Origin: Ascidiella aspersa
Taxonomy: Eukaryota
NCBI GenBank assembly: GCA_963924565.1
Contig: OZ004607.1
Location: 23,374,001-23,438,000, forward strand
Reading direction: 5' to 3'
DNA: 64,000 nucleotides
Both the position numbers and the translations under genes were made by a program. Under the pieces are notes generated by a model. It was given only the letters and a program-made list of their open reading frames with translations, had not been told where the DNA came from and made no database searches. Positions 28,628-40,329 of the stretch are shown in pieces; the first letter of the stretch is position 1, and every line of letters starts with the position of its first letter.

Positions 28628-31600
28628 AATTAAAGAAAAATTCCGTCATTTTAAACAATATGCTAATTTATTTTATGAGCTTAATGCGCCAGGTATCGTT
28701 GTAATTTTAAGATTTGGCAATTTTAACGGTGCTCGGCGTGATTAGACTGCATTTCCCACACATTTTGCACAAGAGTTAATTTTGTAACCTCATATCTGAA
28801 AAAAGTGAGTGGAGTAATACGCCATTAAATCATTTTTAACAGTTTGCACAGAATTAGCTAAACTCGAACGAGCTTTATACATACCAGTTGTCTGTGTTTC
28901 TACATTTCATGACACTTTTTGCCGAGGTATTAGGTGAGCAGATGTGTGCACTCAAGGTTATATTCACACATGATATTCAAAATCCTTTCACAAATTAAGC
29001 CAGTTTAGTAATTTAAGTATGAAATTTAGCCTGAGCGGGTGTGCACACGAAGTACACTTGCAACATAAATAAGATTGGTATCATGCATGTCGTTAAAAAA
29101 CAGTATATATAAGATGTTGCAAGCGCACCAAAAATGGATTAAGAAACATTAATAATTAAAATAAGTCTTCATTTGATTTGATTTCTCAAAAATCTACAGT
29201 AGCATAGCATTACTCAATTAGCTTCCAACACTGGACCAAATGTACGCTATAATATAACATAACGATTATAAATAAGCATTCAACACACACCAGGTATCAC
29301 AAAAACTAAAAATGGCAAAGAAGGAAAAATGGCAAAAGCCGGAAAAAATGCTGGATTGGGTATCATATAAGTTCCATAACTACAAAAGCATTTCAAACCT
29401 TGCTAAACTCGCTTTAGCGCATACTGCTCTGAAGTTGGACAACTTAATGTTAATTTAGGTAAACAATTTGCAACTTTGTATTATTAATCTGTCGTAAGAT
29501 TTTAGAAATAGCATCCAGATTAAAAAAAATTCAATAAAATTGACTCCATTTCCCTAATTCTTTTATTATGACTTTTATATGGTCACATGTTGGCATTTAT
29601 ATAATTTTTTGCGTGGCCTTTGTAGCTGTAGGTTATATTATTGCCATATCGGAGTTTCTCAAATAGTACTCAAGTTATACTACAAGTCGCCTAACCTAAA
29701 GTTATTTTTCACGGCATGGTGCAATTTTACGACGTCATGTCTTACATATTAAATTATCACCCTTCCATACGCAAATCTTAGGAAGGCAAGGATACGATGG
29801 CACTTCCTCTTAAAAATATTTTTATGTATGTGAAGTAATTTAAATGCAAGTAGCCTATTTTTCGCTTGTAGTGAATCTTTTTTGGCTATGCATTATAATA
29901 TTTTGCAGCGATAGAGGTGCTTGTCAATGGCTTCAACAAGCAGTTGTCCAAAATTGTCGTGACAAAAATAAAATATATCGAACAATGTGGGGATCTTTTG
30001 TTGAAATCTTTTAATGCGACACGTCTCCTTTTATCTAAATATTTAACGTTTGCAGATTATTTTTTTATTTTATTTTTTTATTAATAAAATAAATAGCGAA
30101 AAAACGAACAAGAAAAAAACAATCAAAATAGCAAAGCTCTCAAGCAGCTAACGACCATTTATTACTTTTGTGTTTTGTCATACTTCCTCTTTTTAAAGCC
30201 GAATATCGCTCGGAAGTTCGCACAGAAGATAACATCATAAGAAAGCGTATAACATAGTCGGGACAGCTTCGGCATATTTACATTGATAAATAACATATCG
30301 CGCGCATAAAAGGAAACAATTCACAAATGTTGTGCACGGTTCGTTTTTGTGCATTCCAAAGAGTAATTGCTCGCGGGAAAAAACACACGATATTCGTAGT
30401 TTAGTACTTAACCACGCACTCACGTTTTCCCAGTATAGTCACGTAACAGGACACAAATAAAACAAGTGGTACAGGGTTTCCGTGGCCTTTTTGCAAAAAG
30501 TACATTGGTTAGATTCGGTTTTACCAAACGAATAAAGGGAGTCATTTGTAACAATTGCGTCCAAGTTAAACTTTATCTGAAAGCTTCTTAGTTTGTTTTC
30601 GATTGTTGAATTGTAGAGGTTGCGGTAATTTTTTTTCCATGGCAGATGTGCACTCCCGCAATTTAAGGTCCGGTGCCATTTTAATTGAGCTTTTGGAGGA
30701 AAGAGAATTGTTGTTTGTATTTTTTCGTAAACCGATTTGGTGGAGTTATACTGCTGGATAAATAATTTTAATGTTTGGGTTTTATACGATCGGGACGTTG
30801 TTGCGCTACCCGAATCCCATTCTTCTGGGAGACTCGATTATAATTTTATGAATTGCATAAAATCTGTGTTATTAGGAGTAAAGTTAAATTGATTTACCAA
30901 TGCGTCATATTGTAGGTGCTGGCCGTTTATATTCAATAAATCCTGAAAACATTTGAGTGGTAGTTTACTTTTTTGTTTAGCCAAAGCGGACGGCTGTTTG
31001 CCTTTGTATCTATGATTTCCAGGAGTTGTTTGCACGCCATTATTGCGCAACGTAATGTTCGCATGGGGAGTATACGCCTTGTAATTGCATTGTTTGCTCC
31101 TATGTTCCCATTAAGAAGGGCTTCCTTGGATAAAGGGGCCTTTGATTTGTTTCCAATCCGCTTCCGCATTTTCGTCGAATAGTGTAGAGATCCATTTTGT
31201 ATGTAAGGCTAACAAATAATTATCTATGCTGATCATGCCTGTTCCCCCATTTGCAATAATCGAACTCAAAGTCTCTCTTTTTACTCTCTCCCATTTGGAC
31301 CCCATAAAAATGTAAAGAGGATTCGTTTAACTTTGTAGATAAAGCATTTTGGTACGCTAACCGGGACAACACTGATTTTAAAGGTTAAAATTGGGATCAT
31401 GAGGCTCTTAATAACTGTTGTGTTTCCGAGGAGCGAGAGGCCCTTGCGGACCAAATGTTTGATACTATTTGAATTTTTTTCAGAAGTGGTGTGAAGTTTT
31501 TTCAATTAGATTGGCGTCGTTACTCAGTCCAGTGGGAATTTCAACGCCTAAATATTTGATAGTGCCTGATGGCTACAGAAGACCACTTTGTTCCATGGGT

Positions 31601-33710
31601 TTGTGACTGTTTTTACGATTTGTCCCGATGAAAAACGCATTTGATTTGGACATATTTACTTTGCAGCCCGACATTTCGCCGAAGTCTTCGATTATCCTAA
31701 AGACTTCTGTAAAATCCTGATCACTACCCGATAGAAATACTGTGGTGTCGTCAGCAAATAGGGACACTTTAAATTCCTTGCCATTTATCGTGATGCCGTT
31801 GTAAAGGCCCTGTCTTAAAGCAGCGGCAAGGTATTCAATGCACAGAACAAATAAAGTTGGGGAGAGGGGATCTCCCTGGCGTACGTCACGTTAAACGATT
31901 GTGATAGAAAGTTGACAATTACGCACGACGGATTTTGATAAAAACATTCGATTAATTTAATAATCTCATGACCGAACCCGAAAGCAGCTAAGGCTGCATA
32001 TATGAAGTCCCAATTCACCGTGTCAAAGGCCTTGAATATATCTAAGGACAATATCGCACCAGGTATATTGTAATAGTCGGCGCAATCGATGACATTGAAC
32101 AAAAGACGAACATTAGTGCATATGTATCGTTTCGAAATAAAACCATTTTGCGCAGGCGAGATAATGTCGTTTAGTACACTTCGGACTCGGGTGTTAACTA
32201 CTTTTGAAGCAATTTAGTAGTCTACATTTAATAGCGTTATTGGTCTAAAATTTCCCGGTTCAAGATGGTCTTTATTAACTTTTGGAAGTAAAGTTACTAC
32301 TGCTTCTGACTGCGAAGGTGACAGTCTACCCGTATTTACAGTATGTCGCCAAGCTGCCATATAGAGGCATTTGATATTGTCCCAAAATGTTATATAGAAC
32401 TCTGCTGGACAACTGTCTAGCCCAGGGGTTTTATTTTTACCCATGTTGCAGAGAGCAGTGAAGAATTCCGCTTCTGTTGTTTCCGCTTCTAATATTTTTG
32501 ATTGTTCTGCCTTAATTTTTGGGAGATCTAGTGTTTTTAATTTTGAAGCGATTGAGGTTTTGTTTAATAAATTTCCGTTTTGTTTATAGAGTTGCTTGTA
32601 AAATCCGACTAGGCCGTCCAAAATGTTGTTTTGGTCAGTTATCATTTTATTGTCGACCAACAGTCTGTTAATACTCTTTTCTTTCTAAGTTTAGAAAGTA
32701 TTTTGCATTTTTCTCGCCCTCCTCGGCCCAGCGAGCCCTACTTCGCGTTACGGCGCTTTTGGTTTGGCGCAGCATTAGTTGGTCAAGTTCCGATTTAAGT
32801 TTGGACAATTTTTCGTGCAAGGGGCCTAATTCTGTTTTAGAATTTTTTTAAATAGCGTCTTGCGTCTCCCCAGTCAGTTTTTCCAATTCGTTTTGCTTAA
32901 TATTTGACCTTCGTTTTAATTCGGCCGAGTATCTTATAGTTTCCCCCCGAACCACTGCTTTCAAGGCGTCCCATATAACGTGAGGATCGGTTTCGTCTAT
33001 ATGGTTTTCCCCTTTATAATAAGTGATTACCTTTCTTATTCTTTCCTTATAATGCTGATCATTTAATAGTTATGTATTAAATTTCCAGTAGCCTCTGCCG
33101 CGTGGTGCTGGGTTAATGTCAGTTCCTAGCGTTACCATATTGTGGTCGGACATTATGCCGGGAACTACGTCTACACTTGTAACATTTTCGACGAAGGTTC
33201 TGCCAATTAAAAAAAAAATCTAAACGCGATGATACAGTTGGTAATTTTTGAATCCTTGGGAACTTTTTAACAGTTGGAAATTTGTGGCGAAAAATGTCTG
33301 TAAGTTTGTAGTATGTCATGTAGTGCAAAAGACTTTCTCTTGCTTTTCGGTTACGATGTTTTTACTTCCGTTTTGGTCTAGGACATTGTCCAGAACTAGA
33401 TTAAAATCACCTCCTATGATTATCGGGGCATCGGAAAAGCACAGCGAATAAATTGGCAACAAATTCTGGATTGTCCTTATTCGGCGCGTAAACGTTAACA
33501 ATTACTATTGGGGTTGCATTTATTGTAATATTAACCATTAAGTATCGACCTTCTTAGTATACCTTTGTGCCTGAGATGGTATAAGACAGTTTTTTGTCAA
33601 TTAGTGTGGCCACCCCTCTACTGCTTGAGGTGCCGCGCGCCCAAAAAGCTTCCCCTCCCCATTCCATACCCCCATACTTTTCGTGCTTAGCACTACTGTG
33701 GATTTCCTGC

Positions 33711-33852
33711 TGTAGAAGCACATAAAACACGACCTTTCAGCAGCACGTATAGTTTTTTCAAGTGACCTTACATCACTACACAACGAGACACAGCGAGGCA
33801 CAAGAGACGCATGTCGCGTGTCGCGAATACTATAATAAAACGACACGCTACA
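33711..33852 (-). repeat. 3' LTR (142 bp)
   Basis: Direct repeat of 35950-36087; TG...CA ends; preceded by PPT on the - strand. Confidence 0.93.
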
Positions 33853-34028
33853 ATACCCCCACCAGTGTTACACACGAAAACGAATTGGTAAATTTACAAC
33901 GCGACCATAGCGTGTACGTGTTGGATGATGGCTGGACTCGTTGTCGGTTGAAGTCCGGTAGCATGAACCTGTTGGCACAAAAGGTTGTTCGATATTAGCA
34001 GGTTTAAGACGGTCTATAGAAACTGTGT

Positions 34029-35666
34029 CTAGCCGACCGTTAATATCGAGTCGAAAATACTTTCTGTTTTTGATGCAACCTTAAATGGTCCATCATAAGG
34101 GCACTGCAAAGGTGTTCTGTGTGCGTCGTTGCGGACAAACACAAACTGGCAATGTTTTAAATCAGTGGGAACCTTATTGCGGGGATTGCGATGCCAGGAT
34201 GTTGGTATAGGACGCAAACGTTGCATACTATTGCGTAAAGAAGAAATAAATGTGGTCGGGTCTTGACATTCTTGATTTTCTTCTAGAGGTGAAAATAATT
34301 CTCCCGGTAGTTTTAATGTGGTTCCATACACCAACTCTGCTGCCGAACATCCAATATCTTCTTTTGGCGCCGATCTAATTCCAAGCAATACAATTGGAAG
34401 TTGGTCAAACCAGTTGTGGTCTGTAAAACGGGCCTTTAACGCTGACTTCAGTTGCCGATGCATTCTTTCAACAATTCCGTTCCATTGTGGATGGTAGGAA
34501 GTCGTACGCTGTCGATGAAAACCTAACAATTGGTTAAAGCTAGCCCAGAGATTGGATTCGAACTCTCGACCTCTATCCGAAGTTATGGTACTGGGAGTTC
34601 CGTATCGTGAAACCCACGACAATAACGCTCTAGCACACAACTTTGCTGTGGCATCTATCATGGGCAAAGCTTCGGGCCATCGAGTAAAACGATCGAAGCA
34701 CTTGAATAAATATGTAAAACCTTGCGAAACGGGAAGAGGGCCTACAATATCCACGTGAATATCTGCAAAACGTCTAGTTGGTAACGGAAACGAACTAAAA
34801 GTAGAAGAAGTATGCCGATGAATTTTAGCTTTTTGGCAACGAAGGCATGTTCGGGCCCAATTACCCACATCTTTGTTTAAAGAGTGCCACGCGAATCGCT
34901 CAGACACCAGTTTACGTGTTGTGCGAATTCCTGGGTGCGATAAATTATGTACAGCGTCATACACTAGACGTCGGTAGGCGGAAGGAACTACAGGTCGAGG
35001 ATTGCTTTGGGATACATCACAAAGCACGGTCAGCTCAGTTCCAGGCAGTGGCAAATCACAGAATTTGAGGAAAGTCACACAAGTACGATAAGCTTCTATT
35101 TCTTCGTTATTTTGTTGTGCAACTGCTAACTTTACAAAATCGATTACGGATGACGATGTTGCATTAATGCTGGCCCTCGATAATGCATCGGCAGCAGTGT
35201 TGCTTTGCCCTTTTATATACTGGATATCGGTAGTAAATGCGGAAATAAAACTCAAATGGCGAACTTGTCGTGGTGACAGTGCGTTTGAATTTCTTTGAAA
35301 AGCGAAAGTTAGTGGTTTATGATCTGTCAAAATGAAGAATTTCCTTCCTTCGACAAAATAACGAAAATGGTGGATTGATAAATAAATAGCAAGTAACTCT
35401 GAATCAAACGCACTGTACCGTGTCTCCGCTGGTTTGAGATTTCTTGAAAAGAAACCTATTGGCTTCCATTCGCCATTTTGCCTCTGCTCCAGAGAAGCTC
35501 CGACTACAATGCTGGAGGCATCGGTAGTAATTCTTGTAGGAGCATCTGCTTCAGGGTGTACAAGCATCACAGCTTTAGCAAGGGCCTGTTTGGATGCTAA
35601 AAACGCTCCTGAACAATCTTCAGACCAGTGAAAATCGTTGCCTGGCCCTTTTAGCGCTAGATGCAA
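34029..35666 (-). CDS. Gypsy pol remnant: RT connection, RNase H and integrase (HHCC, DDE, GPF)
   Basis: TDASSIVVG, YSAFDSELLAI, TDHKPL, ADALSR, HNLSHPG..CLRCQ, IHVDIVGPLP, SDRGREF, NGIVERMHR, PYDGPF. Frameshift just before TVSIDRLKPA (~33997-34026). No native start codon. Confidence 0.9.
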   Translation of the reverse strand: MHLALKGPGNDFHWSEDCSGAFLASKQALAKAVMLVHPEADAPTRITTDASSIVVGASLEQRQNGEWKPIGFFSRNLKPAETRYSAFDSELLAIYLSIHHFRYFVEGRKFFILTDHKPLTFAFQRNSNALSPRQVRHLSFISAFTTDIQYIKGQSNTAADALSRASINATSSSVIDFVKLAVAQQNNEEIEAYRTCVTFLKFCDLPLPGTELTVLCDVSQSNPRPVVPSAYRRLVYDAVHNLSHPGIRTTRKLVSERFAWHSLNKDVGNWARTCLRCQKAKIHRHTSSTFSSFPLPTRRFADIHVDIVGPLPVSQGFTYLFKCFDRFTRWPEALPMIDATAKLCARALLSWVSRYGTPSTITSDRGREFESNLWASFNQLLGFHRQRTTSYHPQWNGIVERMHRQLKSALKARFTDHNWFDQLPIVLLGIRSAPKEDIGCSAAELVYGTTLKLPGELFSPLEENQECQDPTTFISSLRNSMQRLRPIPTSWHRNPRNKVPTDLKHCQFVFVRNDAHRTPLQCPYDGPFKVASKTESIFDSILTVG

Positions 35667-35772
35667 TGGATGTAAAATTTTAGCAGCCTCTGGGACAAAG
35701 CGGTGATAAAAATTTAAGAGTCCTAAATATTCTCTTAGTTTTTTTTTTAGATTTCGGCTGCGGAAAAGGCGA

Positions 35773-35889
35773 TTGCGTGATACCCTTTACGCTAAATTGC
35801 GCCTCGACTTGTAGGAACCAGAGTTCTGGGTCTTGTGGCCAAAACGGTGGTATTTTTATAGTAACTGCTGTTATAGTATCTTCTGACAT
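35773..35889 (-). pseudogene. Gag N-terminal remnant of the Gypsy element
   Basis: [39 protein letters not shown] is fused directly to the RT C-terminal segment ([21 protein letters not shown]). Confidence 0.85.
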
Positions 35890-35929
35890 TGCTCAGCGTT
35901 TTATGAAAATTCGTCCTGAAAAGATTCGT

Positions 35930-35947
35930 TCACGTCGGCGGTCACCA
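35930..35947 (-). promoter_or_regulatory. Primer-binding site complementary to tRNA-Trp 3' end
   Basis: - strand TGGTGACCGCCGACGTGA, 2 nt after the 5' LTR. Matches the tRNA-Trp PBS TGGTGACCCCGACGTGA with one extra base. Confidence 0.8.
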
Positions 35948-35949
35948 TT

Positions 35950-36087
35950 TGTAGAAGCACATAAAACACGACCTTTTCGCAGCACGTAGTTTAATCGAGT
36001 GACCTAACATCAACACAACGAGACACAGCGAGGCACAAGAGACGCATGTCGCGTGTCGCGAATACTATAATAAAACGACACGCTACA
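35950..36087 (-). repeat. 5' LTR (138 bp)
   Basis: Direct repeat of 33711-33852; followed by the PBS on the - strand. Confidence 0.93.
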
Positions 36088-36209
36088 CTGCAAAAAGGCA
36101 ACGTGACACTTTTTACGACGTAAAAAATTAAAAATCGAATTTCTTTTCATCGCAATGTTTAAACCTCGAACGTTGTGTGAAACAATATTTAAAGACATAA
36201 AAATAATAT

Positions 36210-36690
36210 TTAAACGCGTTCAACACCAATATCAATATCCCACTCGTACTCCATGCCACAATCACATCTAAACGCTTTATTGGGACCCATAAGACAGGAA
36301 TGCTTTTTCCCGCAACTACAGTTAACTATCTTATACTTACAATGGGTATTACTGCACGCTTTACACATCGTTACCTTAGGTTGCGGGTTAACAGTAAAAC
36401 AATTACAGACGACAGAGTACCTCCGGCATTGTATGCACTCAAGCACATCTTCCTAAGTCCTGTATTCTGGCTGGAGCTCCTCGCAGCACGGCATCCGTCT
36501 CAGTATCCCTTAGCATGAAGGACATTGACATGTTTCTTTACCCTCTTCTACCAGAAATAACTCATCCGTGCAGAACTTCATTGCTACGGAATACTTGTTG
36601 GAACAACTCCAGCAAACGAAAGTTTTCGATTGAGCCGAAACCAAAGCTTCAGCTTGGCAGCCAGGGCATGTCAGCGAGATTCTGGTCGAA
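36210..36690 (-). pseudogene. Cys-rich putative zinc-binding region of the LINE (ORF1 C-terminal extension or separate ORF), 2 in-frame stops
   Basis: One frame reads ISLTCPGC..CWSC..C..CQCPSC*..CC..*..CIQC..CNC..CKAC..C..CSC..C..CDC (22 Cys) and ends 11 nt before the ORF2 ATG. Confidence 0.7.
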
Positions 36691-37558
36691 CATAGGCTTG
36701 AAGCTCGTCCGGGCTTCGTTGCAGCCTTTTCCTTGACCAGTTGTTGAAAAGCTTCGGTGTGCTTGACTTGATGTTGGCGTTGGATTCAGAGTTGAAGTCC
36801 GGCGAGTTCTCATCAGCATCGTTTAGAATGCTGCTTACGGCTGTTGTAGAGTGTGGATCGTTATCAGCGTTGTTAGCGCCAGCACTAGATTGGGGTGCAA
36901 CTTTCTTATCGTTTGTCTGTCCGTGTACTTTGTCTTGCTTGGGCTCTTTTTGTCTTTTCACTAGCCGAGGAAAATCTTTTTGACGTTTGGGACAGTTTGC
37001 TTGTTTGTGACCTTTCTCGTCACAATACTTGCAAGTGAACACTTGCCCATGATATGTCACGTAAAATTTACAGTCCGCCATCCTAATATAACTTGGCAAA
37101 GGGTTTTTTTCGACGTCCGTTGAATTCATTGTCAAGATTCTCATTCCGGTTAGCGACCCAACCCTGTCCTTCCTGTGTATCACCTTTTCAACTTTTCCAT
37201 ATTTGGCCGATATTTCCTCTGCTATAAGTTCACTGGGGAAAGGAATTGGCACCCAGCCAACTGCAATGTTAATCTTGTCATTTCCGTTTAGTTTAACAAA
37301 TTTCACTGATTCTGCTGTGCAGAGCTTCGTGTAAAGTCCCAAGACATTTTGTCTATTGGTGCAAGTTATGTCGACGTTTTGGCCTCGCATTTCTGCAATC
37401 CCAACCAATTTCTTCAGCGGATAATCCAAACTTTTTAAAATATACAGAATTTCGTCTCTTTCCAATTGATTAACTGTCTTCATACTAAAGCAATTCGGCC
37501 TCTTAAAGCTGGCCGCATTTTTATTCACTGCCTGAGCGTAACTTGCTCTGCTTGCCAT
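36671..37558 (-). CDS. LINE ORF1 (gag-like nucleic-acid chaperone with CCHC knuckle)
   Basis: 295-aa ORF beginning MASRASYAQAV, 33 nt from the element 5' end. Contains LTGMRIL..LPSYI..YHGQ..CKYCDEKGHKQANC. Confidence 0.88.
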   Translation of the reverse strand: MASRASYAQAVNKNAASFKRPNCFSMKTVNQLERDEILYILKSLDYPLKKLVGIAEMRGQNVDITCTNRQNVLGLYTKLCTAESVKFVKLNGNDKINIAVGWVPIPFPSELIAEEISAKYGKVEKVIHRKDRVGSLTGMRILTMNSTDVEKNPLPSYIRMADCKFYVTYHGQVFTCKYCDEKGHKQANCPKRQKDFPRLVKRQKEPKQDKVHGQTNDKKVAPQSSAGANNADNDPHSTTAVSSILNDADENSPDFNSESNANIKSSTPKLFNNWSRKRLQRSPDELQAYVRPESR

Positions 37559-39898
37559 TTTTCGCTCCGCAGCGCCAGACTGGGAAATAAAGTTTGCAGA
37601 TTAAATACATAGATGTTTAGGGCAAATGCCATACCGCCATCTCGTAACGTGTATTTTTACAAGATTTCCCGCTCTTATTCTCCGCACGAAAGAATGTACT
37701 TTTGTAAGTAAGCTCAAACGGGCATACGAGCAAGATTCTTAGACTTGAATGCACACTATCTATATTTTCCCTAAGGTGGTGAGTTAATGTTATCCACGCT
37801 TAGCACAAATATAAAGTGTATTAAACGTTGGAGAACATCGTATTACAAAAACTGATGAACCATATTTCAAATATAGGCCCATCGAACTTTCACACAACCG
37901 TGCTTGACCAGTGGGTTGTGCGACAATCTGATCAACATTAACACGCTTTCTAAGCGCGAGGCGCTAAAATGAGTTTACTTTTAAAATTAGCAAAAATTCA
38001 GTCAAAAGAATACTTGCTCTATAAATAAAGAACATGAAAGATATATAAATATTTTTCGAAATAACGGCATTTATATTGTACTTTAGGAACTTGACTTCGT
38101 TTATGAATCACAAGCATCACACCATTCCGTAATTTGTATAGCGTTTTTAAGCTAAATAGATTTAAATAAAACGGAAAAAAAGTGCGATAACCGCGAAAAA
38201 TGTGTTCTACATAGTTAAACGTAATTAGAAGTATAGTTTAGGTGAGCATGGCCTGGTCACTCCGTGAATCAATTAGAGATGCGGATTCGGTTAAAAATAA
38301 CTGACTCCCGCCAAAAAATGATGCCGCATGGACTCCCGAGTCCCGAGTCGACTCCAGATAAATGTATAATTTCGTGGAGTCTATATTTTATCCATTTATA
38401 CGTAACTGGAATAAGGTTGATATTCATCAATCCACTCATGGGGTTCTATTCATACCCACAATTTTAAGTTGGCATGGCTTTTTATTTAGGGCTGGAGTGC
38501 CGTGAACTTCTCAAGGTGCCCAAGCGGGCTTAACAATCTAAAAAGGAGTATAAAACAAAAAATGCTTTTACGCAGGTTAAGTAGGCAAAATCACAATTAG
38601 TATGCCCTAATTAAGAAAACTTTTTCATTCAAGTAAACCTAATACTTAAGGGGGACTGAAAAAAGGTTAAAACCACATCGTTAAAGTAATTAGATCTAAA
38701 TGCCATTAGACTTACGCTTTCAATTATGAACACAAAAGTAATTGATACCTCATAAACACGACTAGTTCATTTTGGCAAATGTAATTAACACATATTTAGC
38801 CTTGCGGTTGTTCTTGTTCCCACCCACTGCTATATATTTTTTGTGTTGTGTTGTTGTTTTTTATTGGCCAATGATTCCTTTTACATGTAGTACACGGCGA
38901 ACCCCTGACAGTGACAACCTATTGCGACCAACAGATTGAGAACCACTGGATTAGACCATGGTTTACGTAGAGGCGTGGCTCTACTGTCTGGGTAAAGAAA
39001 TATTCGATTACATCCAGGGTTAACCTAATAATATAGTGGTAGTTCTAGTAAATTTACCCTAAACACGTTTAACAAAATGTTTTTCTTGTTCGTTTCAGCT
39101 CATCTGTTTAAAGTAGTCAAAACCAAACATCTTTGTAGAAGAGTAGTCGGCCTTTCCATCGAATAGTTATGAAAATAGCGAGCGGTTGTTCAACCGGTGA
39201 CCTCGACTTGGCCTTTTAATTGCTTTTTTCGGCACTATGACGACACAGAGGGTCGACAACTTGACGAACCATTGCAGACTCACTTTGTGGACGACCTAAA
39301 CCTGTCGTAGAAAGACAAGTTACGTGCGCCTATTATTTTAAATAACTATTTAATTTGTTCCTTGTCGTTTAAAATATATAGCTTGGTAGACTTATAAACG
39401 TTGTAGTCTTTTTTTTCACGCTGTGGTAGGATTCTAGACCAGTGCCATACTTTTTATATAGCGTCCTGGATTATCATATGATGTTATAAATTTACTTTAT
39501 AAAGTGTCTAATGTATTCTGTTGTTGGGCTGTGTTGAGATTTGCAAAAATGTTCTATTGAGACTCTGCACTGTGAAATTGCAAGAAATATATCAGTTGAT
39601 GGATACTTTACTCTGTTATCGCATGTAAATTTCACTGAAACTTTTAAAACAGATGCTGGTGACTTAGCAACTACTAAAATGTCTACTTCAAGATATGAAA
39701 GGTGGGTTGTTGGATTAGATTTTGGTTTAAATTACCAAATTAACTATTAGACAAAAAAGTATTGTAATAATGCTGTAAAAATTAATAAACTCTTACATCT
39801 GAGCGGCTGTAAATTAACAACTACTGAAAACTGTAAGCACTGGTCAACTGTTTCACATTTGCTGACTCATATTTCATGGTGAATTTTAATGAAATTCG

Positions 39899-40329
39899 TA
39901 CTGTTAAAATAAATGTGGTAGGATTCTAGAACCAAAGGGAAGTATGCAGCTTGAAATTCTTTGCGTAATATCTCCGGAAGTAAACAAGATATCGATCAGA
40001 AATTTCTACACATTACTCCCTGAATAATTGGCGGTCAAGTCATATCTCATTTCGAAGAGTAGACTCGTTGCTGTCACCCTATTAAAGTCACTTAGGGCAC
40101 ATTTTAATTTTAAGGCCGAATATGACTGAATATTAATAATAAAATATGAACATTAATATTTTAATGTTTTTTTTTTAAAGTCTAATTGCTGGCTAACTTA
40201 GGTTGCTTTGAGTAATGTGTAGAAATTTTTGATTGATATCTTGTTTACTTTCGGAGATATTACGCAGAAAATTTCGAGCTGCATACTTCCCTTTGGTTCT
40301 AGAATCCTACCACATTTATTTTAACAGTA
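39899..40329. mobile_element. Fold-back element with 120-bp inverted arms
   Basis: Arms 39899-40018 and 40210-40329, 114/120 identical. Ends TA-CTGTTAAAA...TTTTAACAG-TA. Confidence 0.85.

Larger units (their letters stand above)
33711..36087 (-). mobile_element. Internally deleted Ty3/Gypsy LTR retrotransposon (CsRn1-clade-like), nested in LINE ORF2
   Basis: LTRs 33711-33852 and 35950-36087 (TGTAG...CTACA). 4-bp TSD CTGC at 33707-33710 and 36088-36091. PBS at 35930-35947. PPT (CTGGTGGGGGTAT on -) next to the 3' LTR. Gag N-terminus plus RNase H and integrase. Confidence 0.95.
30150..36198 (-). pseudogene. LINE ORF2 (endonuclease-reverse transcriptase), disrupted by stops, frameshifts and the LTR insertion
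   Basis: MSLNIVSHNVRGL...AFLQ|E (APE motif split by the insertion), IIGGDFN, KTPGLDS, FRPITLLNVDY, LDIFKAFDTVNW, LFADDTT, CTFCKKATETLYHLFYLC (~30445-30507). The 3' boundary is approximate. Confidence 0.9.
30060..37591 (-). mobile_element. Full-length, decayed L1/Tx1-type non-LTR retrotransposon (~5.15 kb excluding nested LTR element)
   Basis: TSD GTTTGCAGATTA at 30048-30059 and 37592-37603. A-rich 3' tail at 30060-30082. ORF1 with CCHC knuckle; ORF2 with APE endonuclease, RT and C-terminal CxxC..HxxxxC. Confidence 0.93.

Noticed and set aside
35930-35947. tRNA-Trp gene
   Set aside because: Only the 3'-terminal ~17 nt including CCA match; it is a retroelement PBS.
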